The notes beneath the pieces were generated by a model. It did not search any database. It saw only the letters and a program-made list of their open reading frames with translations, and had not been told where the DNA came from. This document shows positions 1 through 10,222 of a DNA stretch of 64,000 bases, piece after piece. Position numbers and translations under genes: made by a program. The stretch comes from Ignavibacteriota bacterium (GTDB lineage: Bacteria; Bacteroidota; Ignavibacteria; UBA10030; CAVZMI01). Within the stretch, counting starts at the first letter, position 1. Every line of letters begins with the position of its first letter. The stretch spans positions 32,001-96,000 of the forward strand of contig CAVZMI010000006.1 of assembly GCA_963776275.1 (NCBI GenBank), given 5' to 3'.

Positions 1-1199
1 GTAAAATTACCCATTAACGATTTGTCGCTCGTAAATTGAATAAGCGGTATAATGGCAAAAGGGAGCTGCAGGCTTAAAATAACCTGACTTAGTATAAGGA
101 GCCCGTATACCGAGCCCTCTCCTCTTAAAGAAATGATCAGTACCGCCGGAACTATTGCAATCATTCGCGTCACCAACCGTCTAATCGCGGGGCGCATTTT
201 GAACCGGAGAAATCCTTCCATTACGATCTGGCCGGCGTACGTCCCCGTCAGCGTTGAACTTTGCCCGGACGCGAGCAGTGCACAAGCAAACAATGTGCTT
301 GCAAGTGCTGTTCCGAGTAAAGGAGTAAGAAATTGATGCGCCTGCTGAATTTCTGTTACGATAATCCCGTTCTTCCAGAACGCTGAGGCTGAAAGGATCA
401 GTATTGCCGCATTGATAAGGAAAGCGGCATTCAATGCAATAATCGTGTCTATTAAATTGAACCTGCACGCCTGCTTTTTCCCCCCTACGGACTGTTCGAC
501 CGATCGCGTCTGAACCAACGCTGAATGGAGATACAGATTATGCGGCATAACGGTTGCACCGAGAATTCCGATGGCAACATAGAGGCTTTCTGATCTCAGG
601 CGCGGTATAAACCCTGTCACGACTTCACCGATAACGGGCTTCGCAAGAAAAATTTCGATGCCGAAACACGCACCCATAATAGTAATGAGCATCACGATAA
701 AAAATTCCATCTTCCGGATGCCGAAATTCTGGATCAGCAGGAAAATCATCGTATCGAATCCTGTGATGATCACGCCGATGACAAGCGGGAGGTTGAACAA
801 TAAATTTAAACCGATGGCCGTCCCGAGAACTTCTGCAAGGTCGCATGCGGCAATCGCGACCTCGCACAAAATCCAGAGAACGAAAGCTACGGGCTTCGGA
901 TAATTATCACGGCAGGCCTGAGCTAGGTCCCGCCCCGATGCGATTCCCAGCCGGGCGGCGAGCGTTTGCAGCAGCACGGCCATCAGGTTCGACATTAAAA
1001 CGACCCAGAGCAATTGATAACCGAACCTCGAACCCCCTTCGATATCGGTCGCCCAATTGCCCGGATCCATATAGCCGACACTTACCAGATATGCAGGCAC
1101 CGCAAACGCAAAAAATCGTTTGATGATCCCATAGTGTCGTGGAATGTGCACGCTGTCATGCACTTCCGATAGCGATACGATCGATTTTTCTGTCGCCAC
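1..1199 (-). CDS. mntH: NRAMP-family divalent metal (Mn2+/Fe2+) transporter, 3' end runs off the window
   Basis: Manual translation from GTG at 1199: MATEKSIVSLSEVH...SVGYMDPGNWATD...GATVMPHNLYLHS...SGQSSTLTGTYAGQIVMEGF. DPGN and MPH metal-binding motifs present. Missing from the ORF track because the stop lies outside the window. Confidence 0.93.
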   Translation of the reverse strand, partial: MATEKSIVSLSEVHDSVHIPRHYGIIKRFFAFAVPAYLVSVGYMDPGNWATDIEGGSRFGYQLLWVVLMSNLMAVLLQTLAARLGIASGRDLAQACRDNYPKPVAFVLWILCEVAIAACDLAEVLGTAIGLNLLFNLPLVIGVIITGFDTMIFLLIQNFGIRKMEFFIVMLITIMGACFGIEIFLAKPVIGEVVTGFIPRLRSESLYVAIGILGATVMPHNLYLHSALVQTRSVEQSVGGKKQACRFNLIDTIIALNAAFLINAAILILSASAFWKNGIIVTEIQQAHQFLTPLLGTALASTLFACALLASGQSSTLTGTYAGQIVMEGFLRFKMRPAIRRLVTRMIAIVPAVLIISLRGEGSVYGLLILSQVILSLQLPFAIIPLIQFTSDKSLMGNF

Positions 1200-1346
1200 G
1201 AACCTAAAAGTACCTTGAAGGTGCGTTTATCGAAATTAGAAATAAATTATCATACACGAGTGCTTCTATCAGATATCCAGTGCTATCATCAATACCACAA
1301 CGTACAACATTAAAAAATGGTTCGCGTTACACTGCAATTTCTACTC

Positions 1347-2339
1347 TTACCCCTTTATCCATTCCTCGGCGATTTGTACGGCATTGGTCGCCGCGCCTTT
1401 CCGGAGATTATCCGACACGATCCAGAGATCCAATCCGTTCGGAAGCGACGGATCGCGACGCAACCGTCCTACATATACTTCGTCACTATCCCACGCATTG
1501 ATCGGCAGAGGATAGAGGTTTTTCTGCGGATCATCCTGCACAATGACGCCGGGAGCTTTGCGTAGCATTTCACGTACTTCGTCCAGTTCATATGGCAGAT
1601 CAAATTCCACATTAACCGATTCGCTGTGCCCACCCACAACGGGAACACGAACGCAGGTCGCAGTTACCTTTATCGACTGGTCTCCCATGATCTTCCGCGT
1701 CTCGTCCATCATCTTGCGTTCCTCCCTTGAATATCCATCCTCCAAAAAAATATCGATATGCGGAAGGACATTATAAGCGATGGGATGCGGAAATTTCGGA
1801 TTTGCCACCGTCTCTTTAGCTATTTCTTTTTCAAGCTGATCAATCCCCCGCTTTCCAGCACCTGTCACCGACTGATACGTGCTCACGACAATACGACGGA
1901 TTTTGTACCGGTCATGGAGCGGTTTCAATGCCACGACCATCTGGATTGTCGAGCAATTCGGATTTGCTATTATTCCTTTATGTTTAAAAATTTCCTGACG
2001 ATTAACTTCGGGAACAACCAGCGGCACATTTGCATCCATCCGGAATGCACTGCTGTTATCGATCACCAGTGTTCCATGCTTCACTGCGTGTGGAGCAAAC
2101 TCCTTGCTCACGCCGGCACCGGCGGAGAAGAGAGCAATCTCAACGCCGCGAAACGAATCGGGCTGTAACGCCTCTACCTTCCATGATTTTCCGTTGAATT
2201 GTACTTCTTTTCCGGCCGAACGCTCCGACGCCAGCGGAACAAATCGTTCCACGGGAAAGCGATGTTCTTCAAGAACCTGCGTCATTTTCCGGCCGACGAG
2301 TCCGGTCGCGCCAACCACTGCAACAGTGTACTTTCTCAT
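1347..2339 (-). CDS. asd: Aspartate-semialdehyde dehydrogenase
   Basis: VAVVGATGLVG Rossmann motif, IIANPNCSTIQ catalytic Cys, DNLRKGAATNAVQIAE C-terminus. Confidence 0.97.
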   Translation of the reverse strand: MRKYTVAVVGATGLVGRKMTQVLEEHRFPVERFVPLASERSAGKEVQFNGKSWKVEALQPDSFRGVEIALFSAGAGVSKEFAPHAVKHGTLVIDNSSAFRMDANVPLVVPEVNRQEIFKHKGIIANPNCSTIQMVVALKPLHDRYKIRRIVVSTYQSVTGAGKRGIDQLEKEIAKETVANPKFPHPIAYNVLPHIDIFLEDGYSREERKMMDETRKIMGDQSIKVTATCVRVPVVGGHSESVNVEFDLPYELDEVREMLRKAPGVIVQDDPQKNLYPLPINAWDSDEVYVGRLRRDPSLPNGLDLWIVSDNLRKGAATNAVQIAEEWIKG

Positions 2340-2360
2340 ACGATTTCTTGTGTTTCCTTT

Positions 2361-2500
2361 CTACCAAGATGTCGCTCCTACGGAGCTCTGGATGATTATA
2401 ATTCTGTTTTCTTAAAAAATGTTTCTACCAATATTTCGCTCCTGACGGAGCTTTAGAAAAATAGTCCTCTGCATTTCTACAAATATGCCGTCCCGACATA
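2361..2500. repeat. Cluster of three REP-like imperfect palindromes
   Basis: CTACCAAGATGTCGCTCCTACGGAGCT (2361), CTACCAATATTTCGCTCCTGACGGAGCT (2425), CTACAAATATGCCGTCCCGAC (2477): a CTAC/GTAG end plus a short hairpin. Confidence 0.7.
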
Positions 2501-2534
2501 GTTGAGACTAAAATATTTCATACATCTCTTGCTT

Positions 2535-3812
2535 CTATAGCTTTATAATATCCTCGTAATTTTCACGGCGACGAATTACACGGGCAGTCGAATCTTCGAC
2601 AAGTATCTCTGCAGGACGAAGCCGTGCATTATAATTCGAAGCCAGTACATAGCCGTATGCTCCTGCAGTCAATACGGCCAAAAACTCACGCCGGCGGACG
2701 GATTTCATCAGCCGGTCTTTAGCCAGAAAGTCGGTACTCTCGCAGACCGGTCCCACCACATCGACAATCTCCGAAGGCCTGTCGGTGAGCATCAATGGTA
2801 CAAGCTGATGATATGCGTGATAGAGACTGGGCCGGATGAGCTCCGTCATTGCTGCATCTACAATTACGAATTTCTTCGAGCCGGTTTCTTTTATGTACAG
2901 GACCTGTGTCACCAGAATTCCCGATTCAGCGACAAGATATCGTCCCGGTTCGATGATGATCGTGCATTCGGACGATGCGAGTGCGGGTTTGATTGCATTG
3001 ATTATTTCTGATGCCGACTCGATCGATTTTCCCTCCCCCTCCTCGACCGGAAGAGCAGGATGACTTATAGCATTAACATACTGTACGCCGAAACCGCCGC
3101 CGATGTCGATATATTTCAGATTAATCCCATTGTTGCGGAGATCCTTAACAAGCCGGACAAGCGCCTGAGCTCCGCTGATGTATGGTTCACTCGTTGTAAT
3201 TTGTGAACCAAGATGCATATGGACGCCAAGAACTTCGATTGCAGGAAGCGAAACCGCATAGGAAAACACTTTCACCGCCTGATCAATCGGGATCCCAAAT
3301 TTATTGAGCTTAAGCCCTGTCGAAATAAACGGATGCGTCCGGGCGTCGACATCGGGGTTGACCCTGAGAAATATCCGCGCTATCGTACCGCACCGCTGTG
3401 CAATCGATGAAATTGAATCTAATTCCTGAACCGATTCCACAACAAGAGAGAAAATATCTTCCTCAAGTGCACGCTCGATTTCATCGTCCCGTTTTCCCAC
3501 ACCCGCGAACGTAATGGAAGAAGGTGGAAATCCGGCGCGCAATGCAAGCAGCAGCTCCCCGACTGAAACAACGTCGGCCCGCGATCCCTGACGGACGAGA
3601 ATCTTCAGGAGAGCATCATTTGCATTTGCCTTCAATGCATATGCGATATGATACGGTATCCCATCGATTGCCGCTTTAATTTTCGTGCAGCAATCCACAA
3701 TTTCCTGACCACTATACACGTAGAGAGGCGTCCCGTATAGTTCAACAAGTTCTTCTACCGGTATACCTTCACACATTAAAGTGTTCGTATCGTCATAATA
3801 AAAATTATTCAC
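2535..3812 (-). CDS. lysA: Diaminopimelate decarboxylase
   Basis: YALKAN PLP lysine, HMHLGSQ, DIGGGFG, EPGRYLVA, GPVCESTD, GAYG motifs. Confidence 0.96.
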   Translation of the reverse strand: MNNFYYDDTNTLMCEGIPVEELVELYGTPLYVYSGQEIVDCCTKIKAAIDGIPYHIAYALKANANDALLKILVRQGSRADVVSVGELLLALRAGFPPSSITFAGVGKRDDEIERALEEDIFSLVVESVQELDSISSIAQRCGTIARIFLRVNPDVDARTHPFISTGLKLNKFGIPIDQAVKVFSYAVSLPAIEVLGVHMHLGSQITTSEPYISGAQALVRLVKDLRNNGINLKYIDIGGGFGVQYVNAISHPALPVEEGEGKSIESASEIINAIKPALASSECTIIIEPGRYLVAESGILVTQVLYIKETGSKKFVIVDAAMTELIRPSLYHAYHQLVPLMLTDRPSEIVDVVGPVCESTDFLAKDRLMKSVRRREFLAVLTAGAYGYVLASNYNARLRPAEILVEDSTARVIRRRENYEDIIKL

Positions 3813-3845
3813 TTCGCTGTCTCTATTGTTTTTCTAATTAGAATT

Positions 3846-4529
3846 CTATGTCAATATTTGAAGCACAAGCGCGTACGGATATACCAGGGTATTGATCACA
3901 AGCGTAAAAATGTGATCAAACACCGGGACACGCATCAAGAAAATCACAACGAATACACCTATAAAACCGATTCTCCGATAACGCTCACCAATCCCCGGCG
4001 GCAATAGTGATGCGACAATATGAGAACCGTCGAGAGGAGGAACAGGTATTATATTAAAGACTGCCAGGACCACATTCAAGTAAATTCCAACATAAAATGT
4101 GTTAATTAAAAATTGCAGGAACACCTTTGCAGCATCCGGGAAACTCTCGCCCAGTAAAGTGTGGAACCCGATTATGGCAGCTACGGTTAATGTACAAATT
4201 CCCGCCATGAATAAGTTCGACAGCGGTCCTGCAATCGATACAAGAATATCATCCCTGCGATAATTACGGAAATTCAACGGATTCACAGGAACAGGCTTTG
4301 CCCAGGCAATAAATATCCGTCCGGCGGCAAGCAACGAAAATAGCGGAACAAGAATCGTTCCCACCAGATCGATATGGGGAATAGGATTCAGAGTAATACG
4401 CCCCATTTGTTTCGCCGTCGGATCACCGCACCAGAGTGCTATGAGGCCATGAGCATTCTCATGGACGACAACCGAAAGGAAAAGAATCGGCAACACATAG
4501 AGTTGATCAACAATCGATGTTAGTGACAC
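3846..4529 (-). CDS. Site-2 protease family (M50) membrane metalloprotease
   Basis: HENAH (HExxH), GDPTA..GRITLNP, FNIIPVPPLDGSH motif, hydrophobic segments. Confidence 0.92.
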   Translation of the reverse strand: MSLTSIVDQLYVLPILFLSVVVHENAHGLIALWCGDPTAKQMGRITLNPIPHIDLVGTILVPLFSLLAAGRIFIAWAKPVPVNPLNFRNYRRDDILVSIAGPLSNLFMAGICTLTVAAIIGFHTLLGESFPDAAKVFLQFLINTFYVGIYLNVVLAVFNIIPVPPLDGSHIVASLLPPGIGERYRRIGFIGVFVVIFLMRVPVFDHIFTLVINTLVYPYALVLQILT

Positions 4530-4547
4530 TGCGTCTCCAGTCTCTGT

Positions 4548-5459
4548 TTATCCTCGCGGATGAAACGTCTTGTGAACCTCTTTCAAATATTCCCGATCTA
4601 TATGCGTGTATATTTGTGTCGTCCCGATATCGGCGTGGCCGAGCATTTCCTGTACCGCCCGCAGATCGGCACCTCCTTCGAGGAGATGCGTGGCGAAAGA
4701 ATGGCGGAACGTATGCGGATGCACTTCCTTCCGGATCCCCGCCGCCCGGGTATACCGATAGACGATATTCCAGACCGACATTCGCGAAATCGGACCGCCG
4801 CGGGCATTCAAGAAAAGAATGTCCTTACTTTTATGCGATTTAGCCAGATAGCTGCGCGTCCTTCTTTGATACTGGCGAATCCAGTGTAATGCCGATTTCC
4901 CGATCGGCACAATCCGTTCCTTCGATCCTTTTCCCATCACCCTCACAATGCCCTGGTTGAACAGCACGTCATGCTGGGCAAGTCGTGCCAGTTCCGATGC
5001 ACGTAATCCGCATGCATACAGCACCTCAAGCATTGCCCGGTCACGAACCAATAGCCGTTGCTGAAGCGTCGAATTCGACTTCTCCTTTGACGGTTGTTCG
5101 AGTATTGCAAAGACTTCGTTCTGGTTCAGCACCTCCGGCAGGCGCTTTTGCATCCTTGGTGCATCAAGGTGCTGAATCGGATCGTTCGAGGTAATTTCTT
5201 CATTGACGAGGTAGCGGTGCAGTCCTTTTACTGCCGAGAAATTCCGCGCCGTACTTGTTATAGCGAGATCGATTTCTTTCAATAGGGCGAAATAGGCCCG
5301 GCAATCTTCTTCTGTAACACCGTTCCAGAGCTTTGTACCGCGCATTTCAAGAAATTCTACGTACCGTCTGAGATCAAACATATATGCTTTGATTGTCTCT
5401 GCGGCAAGGCTCTTCTCCAATCGCAGAAAGCGCAAGTATGCAACAACGTGCTGATTCAT
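4548..5459 (-). CDS. xerD: Site-specific tyrosine recombinase XerD
   Basis: LYACGLRASEL, GKGSKERIVP, HPHTFRHSFATHLLEGGADLRAVQEMLGHADIGTTQIYTH. Confidence 0.93.
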   Translation of the reverse strand: MNQHVVAYLRFLRLEKSLAAETIKAYMFDLRRYVEFLEMRGTKLWNGVTEEDCRAYFALLKEIDLAITSTARNFSAVKGLHRYLVNEEITSNDPIQHLDAPRMQKRLPEVLNQNEVFAILEQPSKEKSNSTLQQRLLVRDRAMLEVLYACGLRASELARLAQHDVLFNQGIVRVMGKGSKERIVPIGKSALHWIRQYQRRTRSYLAKSHKSKDILFLNARGGPISRMSVWNIVYRYTRAAGIRKEVHPHTFRHSFATHLLEGGADLRAVQEMLGHADIGTTQIYTHIDREYLKEVHKTFHPRG

Positions 5460-5468
5460 ATCTTTACC

Positions 5469-7844
5469 TCAGATGGGGCGATCCAAACGCTCCTCTGGAG
5501 AAGATTGATCTCCTTCCTCCGGAGTCTGGGTATCCTTGACATTGTCCGCACTTTCCTCCGATGGTGCAGGAGGTTCCTGAACTGGTTCTTCCTGTTGAAC
5601 TTCCGGCTCATTAGGAAGAGCATCTTCAGCAGAAGGATAATTAATTCTTGCGTGATGGATACCGATCAGGGCGCGGAGAAACGCCTCTTTGATCTTAGTT
5701 AAATCATTGAATGTCAGATCACATTCATCTAACTGACCGTCGTTGAACCGAGCCTTAATGATCGAATCGATCTGATCTTCAATTCTGGGCGGCGTCGGCT
5801 CATCCAGGGCTCGAACGGACGCTTCGATGCCATCTGCCAGCATCACGATAGCCGCCTCTTTTGTCTGCGGTTTCGGACCGGGATACCGGTAGTCATTCTC
5901 ATTCACCTCTTCCTTACTCGTCCGCCGCCGCTGTGCTTTATGATAGAAGTAGGAAATTAAAGTCGTTCCGTGATGCTGCGGAATGATGTCGATAACCTGT
6001 TCCGGGAGACCATGCTTACGGGCAAGTTCTGTTCCTTCTTTTACATGGCTGGTCACGATAAGTGCGCTCATACTCGGCTTCAGTCGATCGTGTTTGCTTT
6101 TATGCGATTCCTGATTCTCCACAAAATATTCAGGCATCTCCATTTTACCGATATCGTGGTAGTAGGCTCCGACACGGGCCAGAAGTGCGTGTGCACCAAT
6201 TGCCTCCGCCGCTGTCTCGGCGAGTATTCCCATTGCCATGCTGTGGTGGTATGTTCCGGGTGCTTTTTTCGCAAGCTCCTGGAGCAGCGGGTGGCTGTCA
6301 TCCGCAAGATCGAGCAGCCGTAATTCTGTCGTAATCTTGAAGACTCTTTCAAACACGAAGAGCAGTCCAAATGTGAGAACAGGCGAAAACACCGCATTTG
6401 CCGCCGCCATTGTAGATTCAGAAAGAACGGTCGTAAACGTATCGGCCCGTTCAAGCGCAAGAGCAATAATCGTGATCTCGTACCCGAGGAATATATAGCC
6501 GATTGAACGGAAGATTTGAGTCCTGTGCGTGATATTACGGACTGTGTACACGCTAAGTCCTCCGGCAGCGATTGATGCAAGGACAAGCGCATAATCATTC
6601 CCTCTAATTCCCCCGATAATCATCCCGATGGCCACCGTTCCATAAAAACCTACCCGTGAATCGAATGCTATTGTCAATACCATCGACGCTGCAGGAAGAA
6701 AAATTAAATATTCCAGCGGTGCCTCTACCTTAATGTGTAGAGAAAGTAATGCCATCACGCCTTCAATCAATACAAGGATCGCGATCAAGAGGATCATGGC
6801 GCTGTCGTTGATGATACGCTGGCGGAACAGACTCAGATACAGAACAAAGAGAATGAAAATGATCGCGGAATGGACTACTTTCCCGAGATATTGTGTCAGA
6901 CTCTGCTCAGCGCCTCCACGCTCCATTGAAAATCTCTTGAATGAATCAAGTTTCAATTTCACATCTTCGGTCACTTGTTGGCCGCGGGCGATAATCATTT
7001 CGCCCTCCTGAACAATACCAACGGTTCGCGGCACATGGTCGCGCGCAACTGTCACGGTTTTTTCCGTCTGCTCGTGATCAAAGATTATATTTGGTTTGAG
7101 AAAACTCAAACCGATTTTATATGCTATCATCAACGTATCATTATCATTCTGCATTACGGTCGCGAGTCCCTGCTGCAGCCGGGCAGCGGCTTCATTGACA
7201 TCAAACACTTTCGTTTGAGGCAGTAGCTGCTCTTCGTTGTTCTTCCGGAGCGCGATCGCTGTCGTCGTCATATGTTCTTTTCGCTGGTCAATGACTCCCC
7301 TCGCATAAATCTCATCAAGAGTCTTCGTCAGTGTTTTTTGAAACAGCTCAAGTGATAAACCGGATGGGCGGAGCGATCTGAGAATCTCCAATTCACGATC
7401 CGTCAGGCGCAGTCCGACATCCTTCATCATGGCCACCATGTGTAATGACTCGCTTGCTGCTGTCGACGGTGCTGTTGTTCGTTGTTCCTTTATAACCGTA
7501 GTAAGGAGATTAAGAAAATGATGAAGACTGTCGTGCTGGCTTTGGACAATCTGGTCATTACGCTCGAACACTGGCAAGACTTCCTGCGATGCCGCGCGGA
7601 GTTCTGATTGATACTTGTATTCGTCTTTATAGACCGGAAATGAAAATGGCGCAGTCAGGTCCCGCTCAGTCCAGATTGATCCGACTTTATATTGGATATC
7701 AAACGACGCGCCTCCGGGGTAGAGCAGTGCGATAAGGAGCACGAAAATAATGCCGATGAGAAGCCTCACACCGATGTGATGCCTCCAATCGATCATTTTC
7801 CCGATATCACGGAAAAGATCCCCTATTTTTGTTTGTTGTGTCAT
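5469..7844 (-). CDS. 7TM-HD family phosphohydrolase (PgpH/YqfF-like, possible cyclic dinucleotide phosphodiesterase)
   Basis: Large extracytoplasmic domain, about 7 TM helices, APGTYHHS, YYHDIGK, QHHGT, YRYPGPKPQTKEAAIVMLAD. Confidence 0.88.
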   Translation of the reverse strand: MTQQTKIGDLFRDIGKMIDWRHHIGVRLLIGIIFVLLIALLYPGGASFDIQYKVGSIWTERDLTAPFSFPVYKDEYKYQSELRAASQEVLPVFERNDQIVQSQHDSLHHFLNLLTTVIKEQRTTAPSTAASESLHMVAMMKDVGLRLTDRELEILRSLRPSGLSLELFQKTLTKTLDEIYARGVIDQRKEHMTTTAIALRKNNEEQLLPQTKVFDVNEAAARLQQGLATVMQNDNDTLMIAYKIGLSFLKPNIIFDHEQTEKTVTVARDHVPRTVGIVQEGEMIIARGQQVTEDVKLKLDSFKRFSMERGGAEQSLTQYLGKVVHSAIIFILFVLYLSLFRQRIINDSAMILLIAILVLIEGVMALLSLHIKVEAPLEYLIFLPAASMVLTIAFDSRVGFYGTVAIGMIIGGIRGNDYALVLASIAAGGLSVYTVRNITHRTQIFRSIGYIFLGYEITIIALALERADTFTTVLSESTMAAANAVFSPVLTFGLLFVFERVFKITTELRLLDLADDSHPLLQELAKKAPGTYHHSMAMGILAETAAEAIGAHALLARVGAYYHDIGKMEMPEYFVENQESHKSKHDRLKPSMSALIVTSHVKEGTELARKHGLPEQVIDIIPQHHGTTLISYFYHKAQRRRTSKEEVNENDYRYPGPKPQTKEAAIVMLADGIEASVRALDEPTPPRIEDQIDSIIKARFNDGQLDECDLTFNDLTKIKEAFLRALIGIHHARINYPSAEDALPNEPEVQQEEPVQEPPAPSEESADNVKDTQTPEEGDQSSPEERLDRPI

Positions 7845-7959
7845 AAACAGAAAAAGCGAACCGCGTTTGTGTCCGCTTTCGTTCTATTATTATATAACTT
7901 TTCAACAGAGATGCAAGGAGAAGGTATCAAGATAAAAGATGAATGAAAAGATGGCTGGA

Positions 7960-8943
7960 TCAACCCTTGTGTTTCAATTCTTGCAGGAGTCTCTGCATAT
8001 CTTCCGGTAATTCGGAATCGAATTGAAGGAAGGTTCCCGTGGAGGGATGAATAAATCCTAGTGTTTTGGCATGCAGCGCCTGACGCGGTATCAATTCCAA
8101 TAAATTACGCATATGAGCCTGCCGGTGTCGGTCGGAACCCGCCCAGCTTGCATTCCGCCCCCCGTACGTCGGATCACCGAAGACGGGATGATGTATATGA
8201 GCAAGATGAACACGAATTTGATGTGTGCGGCCGGTTTTTAATTTTAGTCGTACGAGCGCGAGTGAATCAAATTCTTCCATCACTTCGTATTCCGTCACTG
8301 CGCTTTTTCCGCCTGTTACGACCGTCACTTTTTTCCGGTCTGATTTACTCCGACCCAGGCTGGCCTCTACCATTCCACGCTTTTGTTTAAACAAACCCCA
8401 CACGACGGCCCAGTATTCCCGCTCCACCGTTTTCCTTGCAAACTGTTTTGCCAGTCCTGCATGTGTTGCATCGTCTTTCGCCACAACAAGGAGCCCCGAC
8501 GTATCTTTATCTAAACGATGAACGATTCCCGGCCGTTCAACGGTATTCGCCGTTGAAAGTTTTTTCGAATAATACAGAAGAGCATTGACCAATGTTCCAG
8601 TGTAGTTTCCATAAGCGGGATGGACTACCATTCCTGCCGGTTTATTAATCACCAGAAGATATTCGTCTTCATATAATATTGAAAGGGGAATTTTTTCCGG
8701 CCGGGCTTCTGAAGGCGGCGGTTTGGGAATTACGACATGAATTTCATCGCCTGGCGTAACCAGATAACTTGGTTTGACAGGCTTACCATTGACTGTAACG
8801 AAGCCGGCTTTAATTCCCTGATGAACTTTCGAGCGGGTTGCTTTTTGTATATGACAGGCAAGATATTTATCGATCCGCTCTTTTGTTTTCCCCGGCGGGA
8901 TAGTGAAATGGAGTTGTCGATGTTGTGGAGCGTTGTCCGTCAT
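7960..8943 (-). CDS. rluD: RluA/RluD-family 23S rRNA pseudouridine synthase
   Basis: N-terminal S4 domain, NKPAGMVVHP, HRLDKDTSG, TGRTHQIRVH, RQALHA. Confidence 0.9.
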   Translation of the reverse strand: MTDNAPQHRQLHFTIPPGKTKERIDKYLACHIQKATRSKVHQGIKAGFVTVNGKPVKPSYLVTPGDEIHVVIPKPPPSEARPEKIPLSILYEDEYLLVINKPAGMVVHPAYGNYTGTLVNALLYYSKKLSTANTVERPGIVHRLDKDTSGLLVVAKDDATHAGLAKQFARKTVEREYWAVVWGLFKQKRGMVEASLGRSKSDRKKVTVVTGGKSAVTEYEVMEEFDSLALVRLKLKTGRTHQIRVHLAHIHHPVFGDPTYGGRNASWAGSDRHRQAHMRNLLELIPRQALHAKTLGFIHPSTGTFLQFDSELPEDMQRLLQELKHKG

Positions 8944-9600
8944 TTTTGTACGTGCTGGTCGGGATTGCGGTGTTCCTGGGCTGTTACCATGTCGCCCGAC
9001 GACGGTGTGAATTGAATTGGCTCGTTATGCGGTGAATCAGACAAGGCAAGCGGCTCTTTATCCCGCATCACTTTATGCGAAAATAGCAGAAGGAGTATGA
9101 CTCCGATGGTTACCGATGCGTCGGCGATGTTAAACACCGGCCATCGGCTGATGTGGATCCCGAGAAAATTTATATTAAAAAAATCAACGTCGATAAAATC
9201 CACCACACGGCCAGTAAAGAGACTTCCGCCATCGAAGAAAAGTCCATAGAACATACGATCGATGAAATTTCCAACGGCGCCACCCAGAATCATGGCAAGG
9301 GGAAGGCGCAGTATAAGGCTTTCGTTTCGTGCTTTGTATAGATAAATGAGAATTGCGATGCTGGCGATAATTGAAAAAATCGAGAAGAAGAATTTCCCAC
9401 CCCCGGGATCGATGCCGAATGCCATCCCGGAATTTTCAATATAGGTCCGATCGGAGAAAGTCGCCCAGCACCGGAATGCTCGAGCCATACCGCATCCCTT
9501 CCCAATGGATTCCGAGCGAGGGAATGGCGAGACCCTTCACAACAAGTTTTGTTACCTGATCGGCAATGATAATACTTAACGTCACAAACAGAACGCGCAC
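8940..9600 (-). CDS. lspA: Lipoprotein signal peptidase II, one apparent frameshift near 9449
   Basis: GTG at 9600 gives MRVLFVTLSIIIADQVTKL...GDFLR, then a frame change to TYIENSGMAFG...GAVGNFIDR...VVDFI...WPVFNIADA. The indel abuts GGTCC (9444-9448), so probably a read error. Confidence 0.9.
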
Positions 9601-9649
9601 GGATTCTCCTGATTTCGTCTCAATTGGTTTTATAATAGTATACGCAAAA

Positions 9650-10180
9650 TTACCGGCCGCGTTTCAATTTGCACCGCAGACAGAGCTGAGCATGCGGAAC
9701 CGCTTCAAGCCGCTCTTTTTCGATAAGCTTACCACAGTCGTTACATCGTCCGTATTCGCCCCGTTCGATCCTTTGCAGGGCATCATCGAGGTAATTGAGA
9801 AATTTGCTTTCCCGTGATGCAAAGAGAAATGTTTTTTCACGCTCCATTGCATCGGTACCCTGTTCCATATGAAGGGAGTAGGTCGAGTTTTCGCTGATGT
9901 ATTCTCCCGTTGTAGTATCCATCATGCTTTCCTTCAGGGTATCGAGCTCCTCGAGAATCTCTTTACGTTTATCCATGATGATCTTTTTAAAATATTCGAG
10001 ATCCGCCTTACCATATCCTGCAAATTTTACTTTTTTCGTCGGTTCAGGCTTTGCTACAACTTTGGGTAGAACCGGCGTTCGTTTCTTAGCTGCTTGAACT
10101 TTCTTCTTGGACGTGGCAACCCCCCTTTTTTCAGGTTTTCGACTTGCGGTTCCTGATTTTGTTCCTTTTTTTGCTGGCAT
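9650..10180 (-). CDS. TraR/DksA C4 zinc-finger protein with Lys-rich N-terminus
   Basis: ALQRIERGEYGRCNDCG...ERLEAVPHAQLCLRC. Confidence 0.9.
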   Translation of the reverse strand: MPAKKGTKSGTASRKPEKRGVATSKKKVQAAKKRTPVLPKVVAKPEPTKKVKFAGYGKADLEYFKKIIMDKRKEILEELDTLKESMMDTTTGEYISENSTYSLHMEQGTDAMEREKTFLFASRESKFLNYLDDALQRIERGEYGRCNDCGKLIEKERLEAVPHAQLCLRCKLKRGR

Positions 10181-10222
10181 TCGAATTTTTCTCCTTCTGC
10201 TCTTGGAAAAACACTGATGGTA

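Noticed and set aside
4548-5459. Tyrosine recombinase as a prophage or integron integrase
   Set aside because: Typical XerD motifs, housekeeping context, no integron-specific insertion and no att sites or phage genes seen
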